Below are positions 35,417-43,199 of a DNA stretch of 64,000 nt, piece by piece. The number at the start of each line of letters is the position of its first letter. Position 1 is the first letter of the stretch. The translations under genes and the position numbers were made by a program. The stretch is taken from positions 211-64,210 of the forward strand of contig DATAVR010000139.1 of the NCBI GenBank assembly GCA_036267635.1, given 5' to 3'. A model generated the notes under the pieces. The model had not been told where the DNA came from. It did not search any database and was given only the letters and a program-made list of their open reading frames with translations. The DNA is from Polyangia bacterium (lineage in GTDB: Bacteria; Myxococcota_A; Polyangia; Fen-1088).

Positions 35417-38005
35417 TCAGCCCGGAGCGTGCGCCGCTTGCCACGCGTCGATGTCGTGGATCAAGCGGGAGGCTCCCGGCTCTTTGGCGATTCCCTCGCG
35501 GGTGCTTCGAACGAGAGCGGCCGATCGCCGGTGCTCGCGAGGTGAGGCGCTCCACAGGGCGCGCGAAAGAGCAAACCGGGCCTGGGCGGCGATCAGCGGA
35601 TCCTGATCCCCGAGAAGCGCAGCCGACCTTTCGAGTGTGCCGACCGCCGCGCGATCGCGGTGCTCGGCCAGCTCGAGGGTCCCACGATCGAGCAGGGCGT
35701 AGCCGAGGTAGAACGCCGTCGCTCCCTGCCTCCCGAAGGTGGCCAGAGCGTCGTCGAGGGCTCGGTGTGCTTCGGCGAACCGCCCCAAGCCGGTGAGAAT
35801 CTCGGCCTGATTCACCGACGCCACAGCCACCAAGGTGCTGTCTTTTCCTGAAAGCTTCGAGAAGAGATCGACAGCCCGGAGGATGAGCGGCTCGGCGTCT
35901 GCATCGCGATTGAGCGCGTGCAACTTGAGAGCGACGTTCGACGCCGAGACGGCGACGTCGAAATGAGAGGAGCCGAGAACCTTCTCCTTGAGGGCGAGGA
36001 CCTTCTGGGTCTGACGAAGCGCTTCCTCTAGATGCCCTTCGTCGAACGAGACCTGGGCGTCGTCGTCTGCCAGCCACGCTTCCAAGATCGGATGATCTGG
36101 AAACCGCGCCAGGACGGCCTGGCCGTGCCTCAGGGCGTTTCGTGCCATTCGCGTATCGTGAAAGCGGCTCGAATAGAGCGTCCCGAGGTAGAGATTCGCC
36201 TCGATCGAAACCTGGTCGTGCCGTGAGGCGTCGGCGGCAAACACCGCGCTGTCGAGCTCGCTGATCGCCTTCTCGGCATCGATACAGGTCTCGCCCAGCC
36301 GGCCGAGCGTGAGGTGCGCTTCGGCCTCGAGTGGGAGGTAACCGATTGCCTTCGCCGTCGCTACGGCGGCTGCGCCGGCAGCAGCGGCCTGATTGCACTG
36401 TCCGGAGTCTCCCAATGCCTTGACTCGCGCCACCGCCTCGCGGGCGGCGCCGACCTTGGCGCGCACCGCCGGATCGTCGGGCGGCTTGATCACGGCGCGC
36501 AACATCGGGACGTCGGCGCAGCGATCGAGCGCCGGAAGCGCGCTGGCGGCGCCGACGGCGTTGTCGACCACGCCGCGATCGGCGGTCAGGAAGACGTCAC
36601 CGAGGGCGCGCACACCGGAGAGCCGTTCGCCGAGGCATCCCATGCGCAGGTCGAGCACCTCGGCCGACTGCTCGCCGCGGACCTGCGTCGCCTCGCAGCT
36701 GTCGGCGTACATCCCAGTCCAGCGCGCGACGTACTGATCGACGAGCGCCGAGGCGTTGGCGAAAGCGCGTGCCGCGTTGCTGTTGCCGGTCGCCGCGAAC
36801 GCGCGCGCGATCGCCGCCCGCCGGTCGGGGCCCCAGACGCTCGCCGCGCGGCCGGGACCTCCCGCGCACATCGCCCGTTGGCCCGCGGTGAAACGATGCG
36901 CGCCCGCCGCGCCCGCGGCGACGAAGATCGCGGCGGTGGCCGCCGCCAGCCATCGCCGGCGGCGCACCGCCGGGTCGTGGCCGAGCGCGGTCAGGAGCTC
37001 GGTCATCGCCGGAAAGCGATCCTTGGGATCGGTGGCCAGGCCGCGCAGCAAGATCTTCCGGATCCAGGCCGGCACGCGAGCCTCCGACGGCGGATCGGTC
37101 ACCGTGCCGGCGACGACGTTGGCCATGAGCGCGAGGGCGTTCTCCCCCGCGAACGGGCGGCGGCCGTAGACACCTTCGTAGAGCGCCACGCAGAACGAAA
37201 ACTGATCGGAGCGCGCGTCGCCGCCCGTCCCGGCGAACTGCTCGGGCGCCATGTAGGCTGGTGTCCCCAGCATCGCGCCGGTCTGGGTCAGCTTGAGCCG
37301 CAGGTAGCCGCCCGACGCGCTCGGCACCGCTCCGTTCAAAGCGCCGCCACCACCGAGCTTGGCCGTCGCGTCGGGATCGACGCCGTCGCCGAAGGTGTCG
37401 GCCAGCGCGGCGGCCAGCGCGGCGGCGTCCAGCGCCAGCTGCCCCGCCGGCGACGGCGCGTCGGCCGTCATCTGCTCGCGCGCGAGACCGAAGTCCATGA
37501 CCCGGACCTGGCCGGCCTTGGTGATCATCACGTTCTCGGGCTTGAAGTCGCGGTGGACGAGACCGGCGGCGTGAGCCGCCACCAGGCCTCGGCCGGCGGC
37601 GACGTAGACGTCGAGCACCTCGCGCCAGCGATGCGTCGCGGCCTGCAGCCAGTAGCCGAGCGTGTGCCCTTCGACGAACTCCATCGCGATGAACACCGAC
37701 TCGCGGAACGTGCCGACGTCGTAGACGACGACGACGTTGGGGTGCGACAGCCGCGCGATCGCCTGCGCCTCGCGCAAGAGGCGCGTCTTGCCGTCGGCGG
37801 TCGCCTCGCCGCTTCCGCCCCGGGCCCGCAACAGCTTGACGGCGATCTTGCGATCCAGCTCCGGATCGTAGGCGGCGTAGACCTCGCCCATACCGCCGCG
37901 GCCGAGGAGGCCGAGCACCACGTAGCGGCCGATGGTCGCCCCCTTGGCCAAGCCGGTCTCCTCGCCGGCGGCGTTGGGCGGGGGGCGCCTCGGCTCGATG
38001 GACAT
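35417..38005 (-). CDS. Ser/Thr protein kinase with large C-terminal TPR-like region
   Basis: Motifs GRGGMGEVY, VAVK-like AVKLL, HRDFKPENV, DFGLA and APE, followed by about 500 aa of helical repeats. Confidence 0.9.
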   Translation of the reverse strand: MSIEPRRPPPNAAGEETGLAKGATIGRYVVLGLLGRGGMGEVYAAYDPELDRKIAVKLLRARGGSGEATADGKTRLLREAQAIARLSHPNVVVVYDVGTFRESVFIAMEFVEGHTLGYWLQAATHRWREVLDVYVAAGRGLVAAHAAGLVHRDFKPENVMITKAGQVRVMDFGLAREQMTADAPSPAGQLALDAAALAAALADTFGDGVDPDATAKLGGGGALNGAVPSASGGYLRLKLTQTGAMLGTPAYMAPEQFAGTGGDARSDQFSFCVALYEGVYGRRPFAGENALALMANVVAGTVTDPPSEARVPAWIRKILLRGLATDPKDRFPAMTELLTALGHDPAVRRRRWLAAATAAIFVAAGAAGAHRFTAGQRAMCAGGPGRAASVWGPDRRAAIARAFAATGNSNAARAFANASALVDQYVARWTGMYADSCEATQVRGEQSAEVLDLRMGCLGERLSGVRALGDVFLTADRGVVDNAVGAASALPALDRCADVPMLRAVIKPPDDPAVRAKVGAAREAVARVKALGDSGQCNQAAAAGAAAVATAKAIGYLPLEAEAHLTLGRLGETCIDAEKAISELDSAVFAADASRHDQVSIEANLYLGTLYSSRFHDTRMARNALRHGQAVLARFPDHPILEAWLADDDAQVSFDEGHLEEALRQTQKVLALKEKVLGSSHFDVAVSASNVALKLHALNRDADAEPLILRAVDLFSKLSGKDSTLVAVASVNQAEILTGLGRFAEAHRALDDALATFGRQGATAFYLGYALLDRGTLELAEHRDRAAVGTLERSAALLGDQDPLIAAQARFALSRALWSASPREHRRSAALVRSTREGIAKEPGASRLIHDIDAWQAAHAPG

Positions 38006-38071
38006 GCTTCACGGTCCAAATCGGCTGGCGACCGCCGACGATTGAGCGGTGGGGCGGGATATCATGCGCCC

Positions 38072-39643
38072 GTGCGCCGACCGGAGTGGCTGACGCGGGA
38101 CTACCTGACGATCGACTCCCGGAGCCTGGGCGCCGGGAGGATCGGCCTCGGGCTCGTGCTGCTGCTCGATCTGTTGCGGCGGATCTCGGTCCTGCCGCTC
38201 TGGTACTCGAACCTCGGCCTCCTGCCCAACCACACGGTCCTCTGGCGGCCGCCGTTTCCTCGGGCGTTCTCCCTCTTCTTCATGGCGTCACTGCCCTCCG
38301 AGGCGGCGGTCGGCTTCGTCCTCTGCGCGGTCGCCTACCTGATGCTCCTCTTCGGCAACCGGACGCGCGCAGCCCATCTGGCCAGCCTGATCGCGGTCTT
38401 GAGCCTTCACGGGCGCGTCCTCTTCGTTCAAAACGGCGGCGATGTGGTGCTCGTCGAGCTCTGCGTCTGGACGTTGTTCCTGCCGACCGGGCGCCGATTT
38501 TCGCTGGATTCGCTGCGCGCCCGCCGGGCGATCGTCCCGCCCGACGACGGGCCAGTCGTGTCGCTGGCGGCGCTGGCGGTCGTGGTGCAGCTGGCGGTGA
38601 TCTACTTTTTCAACGCGCTCCAGAAGAGCGGCCCCACCTGGCGCGGCGGCGGCGCCGTCCACTACACGCTCTACGCCGAAGGGGTGGTGACCAAGCTGGG
38701 CGTCTGGGTCCGGGGCTGGCTGACCCTGGGCCAATCGCGCCTCCTCACCTGGTCGACGCTGACGATCGAATCGATCCTGCCGCTGCTCATCCTGACGCCG
38801 GTGGGGCGGCGGCCGGCGCGGCGGCTGGCGATCGCGCTCATGGTCGGCCTGCACCTCGGCTTCGCGTCGTTCCTCAACCTGGGAATTTTCGTCCCGGCGA
38901 TGCTCGCCTTCACACCGTTCCTGGTGCCGGCCGCCGATTGGGACGCGCTCGAGCGCTGGTGGCGGCGGCGCCAAACGAAGGAAGGCGATGCCGCGCGCGG
39001 TGACGGCATCCGGCTCCGGGCTCTCCAGGCGCTCGCCTTTCTCGAACGGCGCGGTTTCCTGCGCCTCGACCCCCGGCCCCCCAAGCCGGCGCAGTGGCGC
39101 GAGTGGCTGCGCACCTGGAGCGGACCGCTGCGCGAGTGGACGGTGGCGCTGCTCATCGTTTGCGCGACCGCCCGCCTGCTGGTCGACAACCCCGCCGTCA
39201 CGCGGGTCAACGCCCGGCGCCAACCGCGCATCGTCGCCGCGACCACCAGCTACCTTCAGATGCTGCAGGCCTGGCTGCTCTTCGCTCCGGATGCGCCGCT
39301 CACCGACGCCGCCGTGGCAGTCGACGCCGTCACCACCGACGGGCGCCACGTCGATCCGCTCAACGAGGCCCTCTCGCCCGAGCAGCCCTGGCTCGGCACG
39401 GTCATTCCGGCGCGCCTCGGCCAGAACGCCTTCGCCGCCGCCTACATGTTGCGGATCCCGTTCCACCCGGAGTACTTCGGCGCGCTCACCGAGTGGATCC
39501 TCGGCTACCCCGATCGCACGGAGCGCCCGGCGGATCGCATCGTCTCCTTCGAGGTCACCGCCCTCGAGCGCGACAACCCACCACCCGACCAGCACGAACC
39601 CGGCGAAACGCGGGCGCGGCTCCTCTACAAATACCCGCAGTGA
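38072..39643 (+). CDS. HTTM-domain (vitamin K-dependent gamma-carboxylase-like) integral membrane protein
   Basis: GTG 38072. N-terminal pattern SLGAGRIGLGLVLLLDLLRR...LWYSNLGLLPN and a multi-TM core match the HTTM domain as I recall it. The C-terminal about 220 aa are soluble. Confidence 0.75.
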   Translation: MRRPEWLTRDYLTIDSRSLGAGRIGLGLVLLLDLLRRISVLPLWYSNLGLLPNHTVLWRPPFPRAFSLFFMASLPSEAAVGFVLCAVAYLMLLFGNRTRAAHLASLIAVLSLHGRVLFVQNGGDVVLVELCVWTLFLPTGRRFSLDSLRARRAIVPPDDGPVVSLAALAVVVQLAVIYFFNALQKSGPTWRGGGAVHYTLYAEGVVTKLGVWVRGWLTLGQSRLLTWSTLTIESILPLLILTPVGRRPARRLAIALMVGLHLGFASFLNLGIFVPAMLAFTPFLVPAADWDALERWWRRRQTKEGDAARGDGIRLRALQALAFLERRGFLRLDPRPPKPAQWREWLRTWSGPLREWTVALLIVCATARLLVDNPAVTRVNARRQPRIVAATTSYLQMLQAWLLFAPDAPLTDAAVAVDAVTTDGRHVDPLNEALSPEQPWLGTVIPARLGQNAFAAAYMLRIPFHPEYFGALTEWILGYPDRTERPADRIVSFEVTALERDNPPPDQHEPGETRARLLYKYPQ

Positions 39644-40170
39644 CCATCTGGGCGTCGATCCTGGCCGTCGTATTGGCCGCGGAGCTTCCGGCACCGGCCG
39701 GCGACCCGCCGCCTGACGATCCGCCTCCCGTCGGTCTCTGCGCCGGCGCCGCCACCGCCATCGTGCCGTTCGTCGTGGGCGGCGCGCTGATGGCGCACGA
39801 CCAGGCGCCCCACCTGGAGGCGACCGGCGTCATCGTGATGGCCTCGGGGTTCGCGCTGGCGCCCTTCGTGGCGCACGGCCTCGAAGGGTCGTGGCGGAAG
39901 GCCGCGATCTACGGCGGCGTCTCGCTGGCGTTGTCGACGGCCGCGGTGGTGGAGATGGAAGAGAGAAACCTGTTCGATCCGCACGTCGGAAACGATCGCC
40001 GGATCCCGATGAAGATCTTCCTGCCGCTCAGCATGGTGAGCTCGGCCTTCGGCGTCGTCATGAGCGTGTTCGATCGCCGCGGCCTCGAGCCAGTTCCGCA
40101 GCTCTCGCTCTGGTTGGCTCCCGCGCCGGGCGGCGTCGCCAGCGGCGTCGGCTGGAGCGGGCTGCTTTGA
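39640..40170 (+). CDS. Hypothetical membrane protein
   Basis: GTG 39640 overlaps the HTTM stop (GTGA). Signal-like N-terminus and 3-4 hydrophobic segments. High GC3. Confidence 0.55.
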   Translation: MTIWASILAVVLAAELPAPAGDPPPDDPPPVGLCAGAATAIVPFVVGGALMAHDQAPHLEATGVIVMASGFALAPFVAHGLEGSWRKAAIYGGVSLALSTAAVVEMEERNLFDPHVGNDRRIPMKIFLPLSMVSSAFGVVMSVFDRRGLEPVPQLSLWLAPAPGGVASGVGWSGLL

Positions 40171-40394
40171 AGCGCGTAGCGGCCCGCGCGCTCTCTGCCC
40201 TCGCGCTGGCCGCGCTCCTCTGCGGCGGCTGCGCGATGGTGCCCCAGAATCGGCGCAAGCACCTGGGCGATCCGATGATGAGCCCCGACGGAGACGCCCT
40301 GCTGACGGCAGGCCAGCGCAAGCTCTACACCTCGCGCGAGTCGGCGGCGGGCGGCGATGCCGCGCCGGCGGGTGGCGGATGCGGCTGCCAGTAG
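40167..40394 (+). CDS. DUF4266-like small lipoprotein
   Basis: TTG 40167 overlaps the upstream stop (TTGA) and yields MKRVAARALSALALAALLCGGC. About 75 aa, with the C-terminal GGGCGCQ motif I associate with DUF4266. Confidence 0.65.
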   Translation: MKRVAARALSALALAALLCGGCAMVPQNRRKHLGDPMMSPDGDALLTAGQRKLYTSRESAAGGDAAPAGGGCGCQ

Positions 40395-41593
40395 CCGGGG
40401 CCGCGCTCCTCTTTCTCGTCGCGCCGGCGGCGCGCGGCGAGCCGGTCGGCAACCCCTTCCTCGCGCCGCCACCCTCGGATCTCGATCAACCCGCGCTCGT
40501 CTCGGCGCCTCGCTACCGGATCGAATCGGTCGCGGTGCGCACCACCACCTTCGATCAGGATGGGCTCGGGTATCAATCGGCGGCCGGACCGGTCTTCGGG
40601 CCCGGTTCGGAGCGGGCGACCATCCTCGAGCCCCAATGCGAGATCGTGGCCGCGCTCGGCGATCGGCTGATCGAGCGGGTCGTCACCTCGGTCGATGTCG
40701 TCACCGCGGCCTCCCCCAACCACCGCCTCTACGGGCTGCCTGTCGGCACGCCGGTCGACGTCGTCAGCTCACCCTCCCGCATCAACGAAGCGGAGGAGAT
40801 CGACTCGGACTCGACCTACGCCTGGAGCCGCACCGCCACCTTGGGGATCCACGCCGACTACCACCTGGAAGAGCCGCTCGAGTCGTGGGGGCTCGGCGCC
40901 CTCGCCACGCGCTCGTTCGCCGGCGACAACACCGTCCTTTCGGGCAGCCTCTACCAGATCGTCGACTGGTTCGACAACTTCAACCTGGCCGGCAAACGCT
41001 TCGGGCGCGACGTGCGCACCACGACCAACGCCAACCTGGGATTTTCCCAGCTGCTGACGCCGACCACCATCGTCCTCGGCAGCTACGGCTTCACGGTTCA
41101 GGCAGGGACGTTGACCAACACCTGGAACAGCGTTCCGCTCTCCGACGCGACCCGCGGCACCGAGGTGGTCCCGCGCGAGCGCCTCCGCCACGCGGTCAGC
41201 GGGCGGCTGCTCCAGTGGCTCCCCTGGAACGGCGCGCTCAAGCTCGGCTACCGGCTCTACGCCGACAGCTGGGGCTCCCTCGCGCACACCGCCGACGCCG
41301 AGCTGTCGCAGCGGCTGGGCCGCCTGACGCTCGACCTCGGCGGGCGCTATCACCGGCAGTCGGCGGTCAGTTTCTTCGGCACTCTGTTCGATCCGGCGGC
41401 CCTCGGGCTTCGCACCGCCGACAGCGATCTCGCCCCGCTGGTCGCTCACGCTCTCTCGGCGGGCGCGCGCTGGGATCAACCGATCGGCCCCCAGGGACAT
41501 CGCATCTACTTCGCGATCAACGGCGAGCACTACTGGCGCACCAACAATCTGCACGTCGACTTCGTCAGTGGCGCGCTAGGATGGCAGCAATGA
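40379..41593 (+). CDS. DUF3570-like putative outer-membrane beta-barrel protein
   Basis: Signal peptide MRLPVAGAALLFLVAPAARG. About 400 aa and beta-rich. Its position directly after DUF4266, with a 16-nt overlap, is the usual pairing. Confidence 0.75.
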   Translation: MRLPVAGAALLFLVAPAARGEPVGNPFLAPPPSDLDQPALVSAPRYRIESVAVRTTTFDQDGLGYQSAAGPVFGPGSERATILEPQCEIVAALGDRLIERVVTSVDVVTAASPNHRLYGLPVGTPVDVVSSPSRINEAEEIDSDSTYAWSRTATLGIHADYHLEEPLESWGLGALATRSFAGDNTVLSGSLYQIVDWFDNFNLAGKRFGRDVRTTTNANLGFSQLLTPTTIVLGSYGFTVQAGTLTNTWNSVPLSDATRGTEVVPRERLRHAVSGRLLQWLPWNGALKLGYRLYADSWGSLAHTADAELSQRLGRLTLDLGGRYHRQSAVSFFGTLFDPAALGLRTADSDLAPLVAHALSAGARWDQPIGPQGHRIYFAINGEHYWRTNNLHVDFVSGALGWQQ

Positions 41594-42159
41594 GGCGGCG
41601 TGGACTGCGAGGGTTGTCGCTCGCGCTCGCGGTCGCGCTCGGCGGCTGCGGAAACGCTGGCTTGCGGCGGGCGAGCGCGCCGACGGCCGTGCCGCCGACG
41701 GCCGTCGACGGTTGGCAGCAGATCCCGCTCACCGATCTCGACGGCCGCCAGGTCACGCTGGCGCAGGTCCTGGCCGGGCGGCCGGCGCTGGTGAACTTCT
41801 GGGCCCCCTGGTGTGAGCGCTGCAAGACCGAGCTTCCCGATCTCGATCGCCTGGCGCGGCGGCTCGACGGCTGTGGTGTCATCGTCGGTGTCGCGGTCGG
41901 CGAGGACGCCTCCCACACGGCAGCCTTCGTGCATGAGCGAGGCCTCCTCTATCCGCAGGTCGTCGACGAGGAATTTCACCTGGCGGACGCCCTTCGACAG
42001 AGCCGCGTCCCGACCACGCTGGTGATCGACGGTGCGGGAGCGATCGTCCACGCCGGGCTGGCGCTCGATCAGGCGGCGCTCGGCGCGCTCCAGGCGGCGC
42101 TCAGCCGCGCGGACGCCGACGGACACTGCAAGGGGAGCCACCGTGCGGGTACGACCTGA
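41590..42159 (+). CDS. TlpA-family thiol:disulfide oxidoreductase lipoprotein
   Basis: ATG 41590 (ATGA overlap, AGGA 8 nt upstream; alternative ATG 41581). Lipobox ALGGC. Thioredoxin motif NFWAPWCERC. Confidence 0.85.
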   Translation: MRRRGLRGLSLALAVALGGCGNAGLRRASAPTAVPPTAVDGWQQIPLTDLDGRQVTLAQVLAGRPALVNFWAPWCERCKTELPDLDRLARRLDGCGVIVGVAVGEDASHTAAFVHERGLLYPQVVDEEFHLADALRQSRVPTTLVIDGAGAIVHAGLALDQAALGALQAALSRADADGHCKGSHRAGTT

Positions 42160-42293
42160 CGAACCACGAACCCTCGTGGGCACGCCCGCGGGATTTCGTG
42201 GCCACGACGCGTCTCAAGCATTAGGATGGCAGCGGAACTGCCGTTCTCGTGGATGAGTGGAATTGAGTACGCGGTTTGCAGATTGATCGAAAC

Positions 42294-42482
42294 ATGTTTA
42301 GAGGCGTGAAGGTGTTTTCGGCGACGAAGGCGAGAGATCGCGAGGCGCTCGGCGAGAACGTGACGAGATGGCTGGTCGAGCATCCGCAGCTCGAGGTCGT
42401 GGATAAGACGGTGACCCAGAGCTCGGACGCCGAGTTCCACTGCCTGACGATCACTCTGTTCTACGAAGCGCCAGCGGTCTGA
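42294..42482 (+). CDS. Small (62 aa) hypothetical protein
   Basis: ATG 42294 in a locally AT-richer leader. No signal peptide. Coding status is uncertain. Confidence 0.45.
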   Translation: MFRGVKVFSATKARDREALGENVTRWLVEHPQLEVVDKTVTQSSDAEFHCLTITLFYEAPAV

Positions 42483-42579
42483 CGAAGCTGGTCGCCGCTC
42501 GCCGTTCAGCTACCACCGCGCGGGACAAAAGTGTCCTCCGCGCGAACAGGCGTCCAGATTCCCGACACTGCGCGGTGAG

Positions 42580-43197
42580 TCAGACCCAGTTGTAGTTGAA
42601 GCTGATGCTGACGCGTTCGCCGCGCGTCGGATTGGAGGCGACCTCGTGCCGCAGCCAGCTCTCGAACAGGATCAGCTTGCCAGCGGCGACCTCGTAAGAG
42701 ACCTGCTGCCTGTTCTCCGGGCGGCAGTCGGGACGCTTGGGGGGCGCGCCCATCGTCTTGTCGAGGCGCGGGTCCTCGAACCGGATCCGCGAGCAGCCGC
42801 GCGGCGTGGCGACGTAGTAGGTCCCGCTCACCACCGCCAGCGGGTGCAGGTGCAGCGGGTGAACCGCGTGGCGCGACATCACGTTGACCCAGCAGTCGGT
42901 CATCACCAACCGGCCGCTTTGCAGGTTCATGTCCAGCCGCCGCGCGAACCGGTTCACGTGGCGGCGGATCTTCACCTCCAGGTCGATGAACGTCGAGAAC
43001 GTCTGGTGGAGGTTGGTCATCGTCCCGTACGACGTGTAGCCGGCCGGGTAGTTCTTGCGGCACCAGCGCTGGCCGGCCCGATCGTGGGCGCGGATCTTGT
43101 GGCAGTCGTCGAGCAGCGCGCGCGCGAAGGCGTCGGTGCCGCGCGGCTGCAGCGGCGAATCGTAGATGAGCGTCGGGAACCAGGGGTTGATGGGCAT
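42580..43197 (-). CDS. TIGR02466 / 2OG-Fe(II)-oxygenase-like (PF13759-type) protein
   Basis: Starts MPINPWFPTLIY. Contains the HPLHLHPLAVVSGTYYV and LFESWLRHEV..N motifs of this family. Starts 2 nt after the radical SAM stop. Confidence 0.8.
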   Translation of the reverse strand: MPINPWFPTLIYDSPLQPRGTDAFARALLDDCHKIRAHDRAGQRWCRKNYPAGYTSYGTMTNLHQTFSTFIDLEVKIRRHVNRFARRLDMNLQSGRLVMTDCWVNVMSRHAVHPLHLHPLAVVSGTYYVATPRGCSRIRFEDPRLDKTMGAPPKRPDCRPENRQQVSYEVAAGKLILFESWLRHEVASNPTRGERVSISFNYNWV

Positions 43198-43199
43198 GG

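Noticed and set aside
33858-36398. 846-aa minus-strand ORF spanning two genes
   Set aside because: It is out of frame with both the lectin lipoprotein and the kinase. The translation is Arg-rich nonsense.
36314-38071. Upstream 586 codons of the 1109-aa + strand ORF
   Set aside because: It is antisense to the Ser/Thr kinase. HTTM homology starts only at GTG 38072, after the kinase start codon at 38005.
39094-41589. Long upstream extensions of ORFs 39094..40170, 39891..40394 and 40357..42159
   Set aside because: Each extension overlaps the preceding real gene in another frame. Signal peptides and lipoboxes appear only at the GTG, TTG or ATG starts that overlap the upstream stops.
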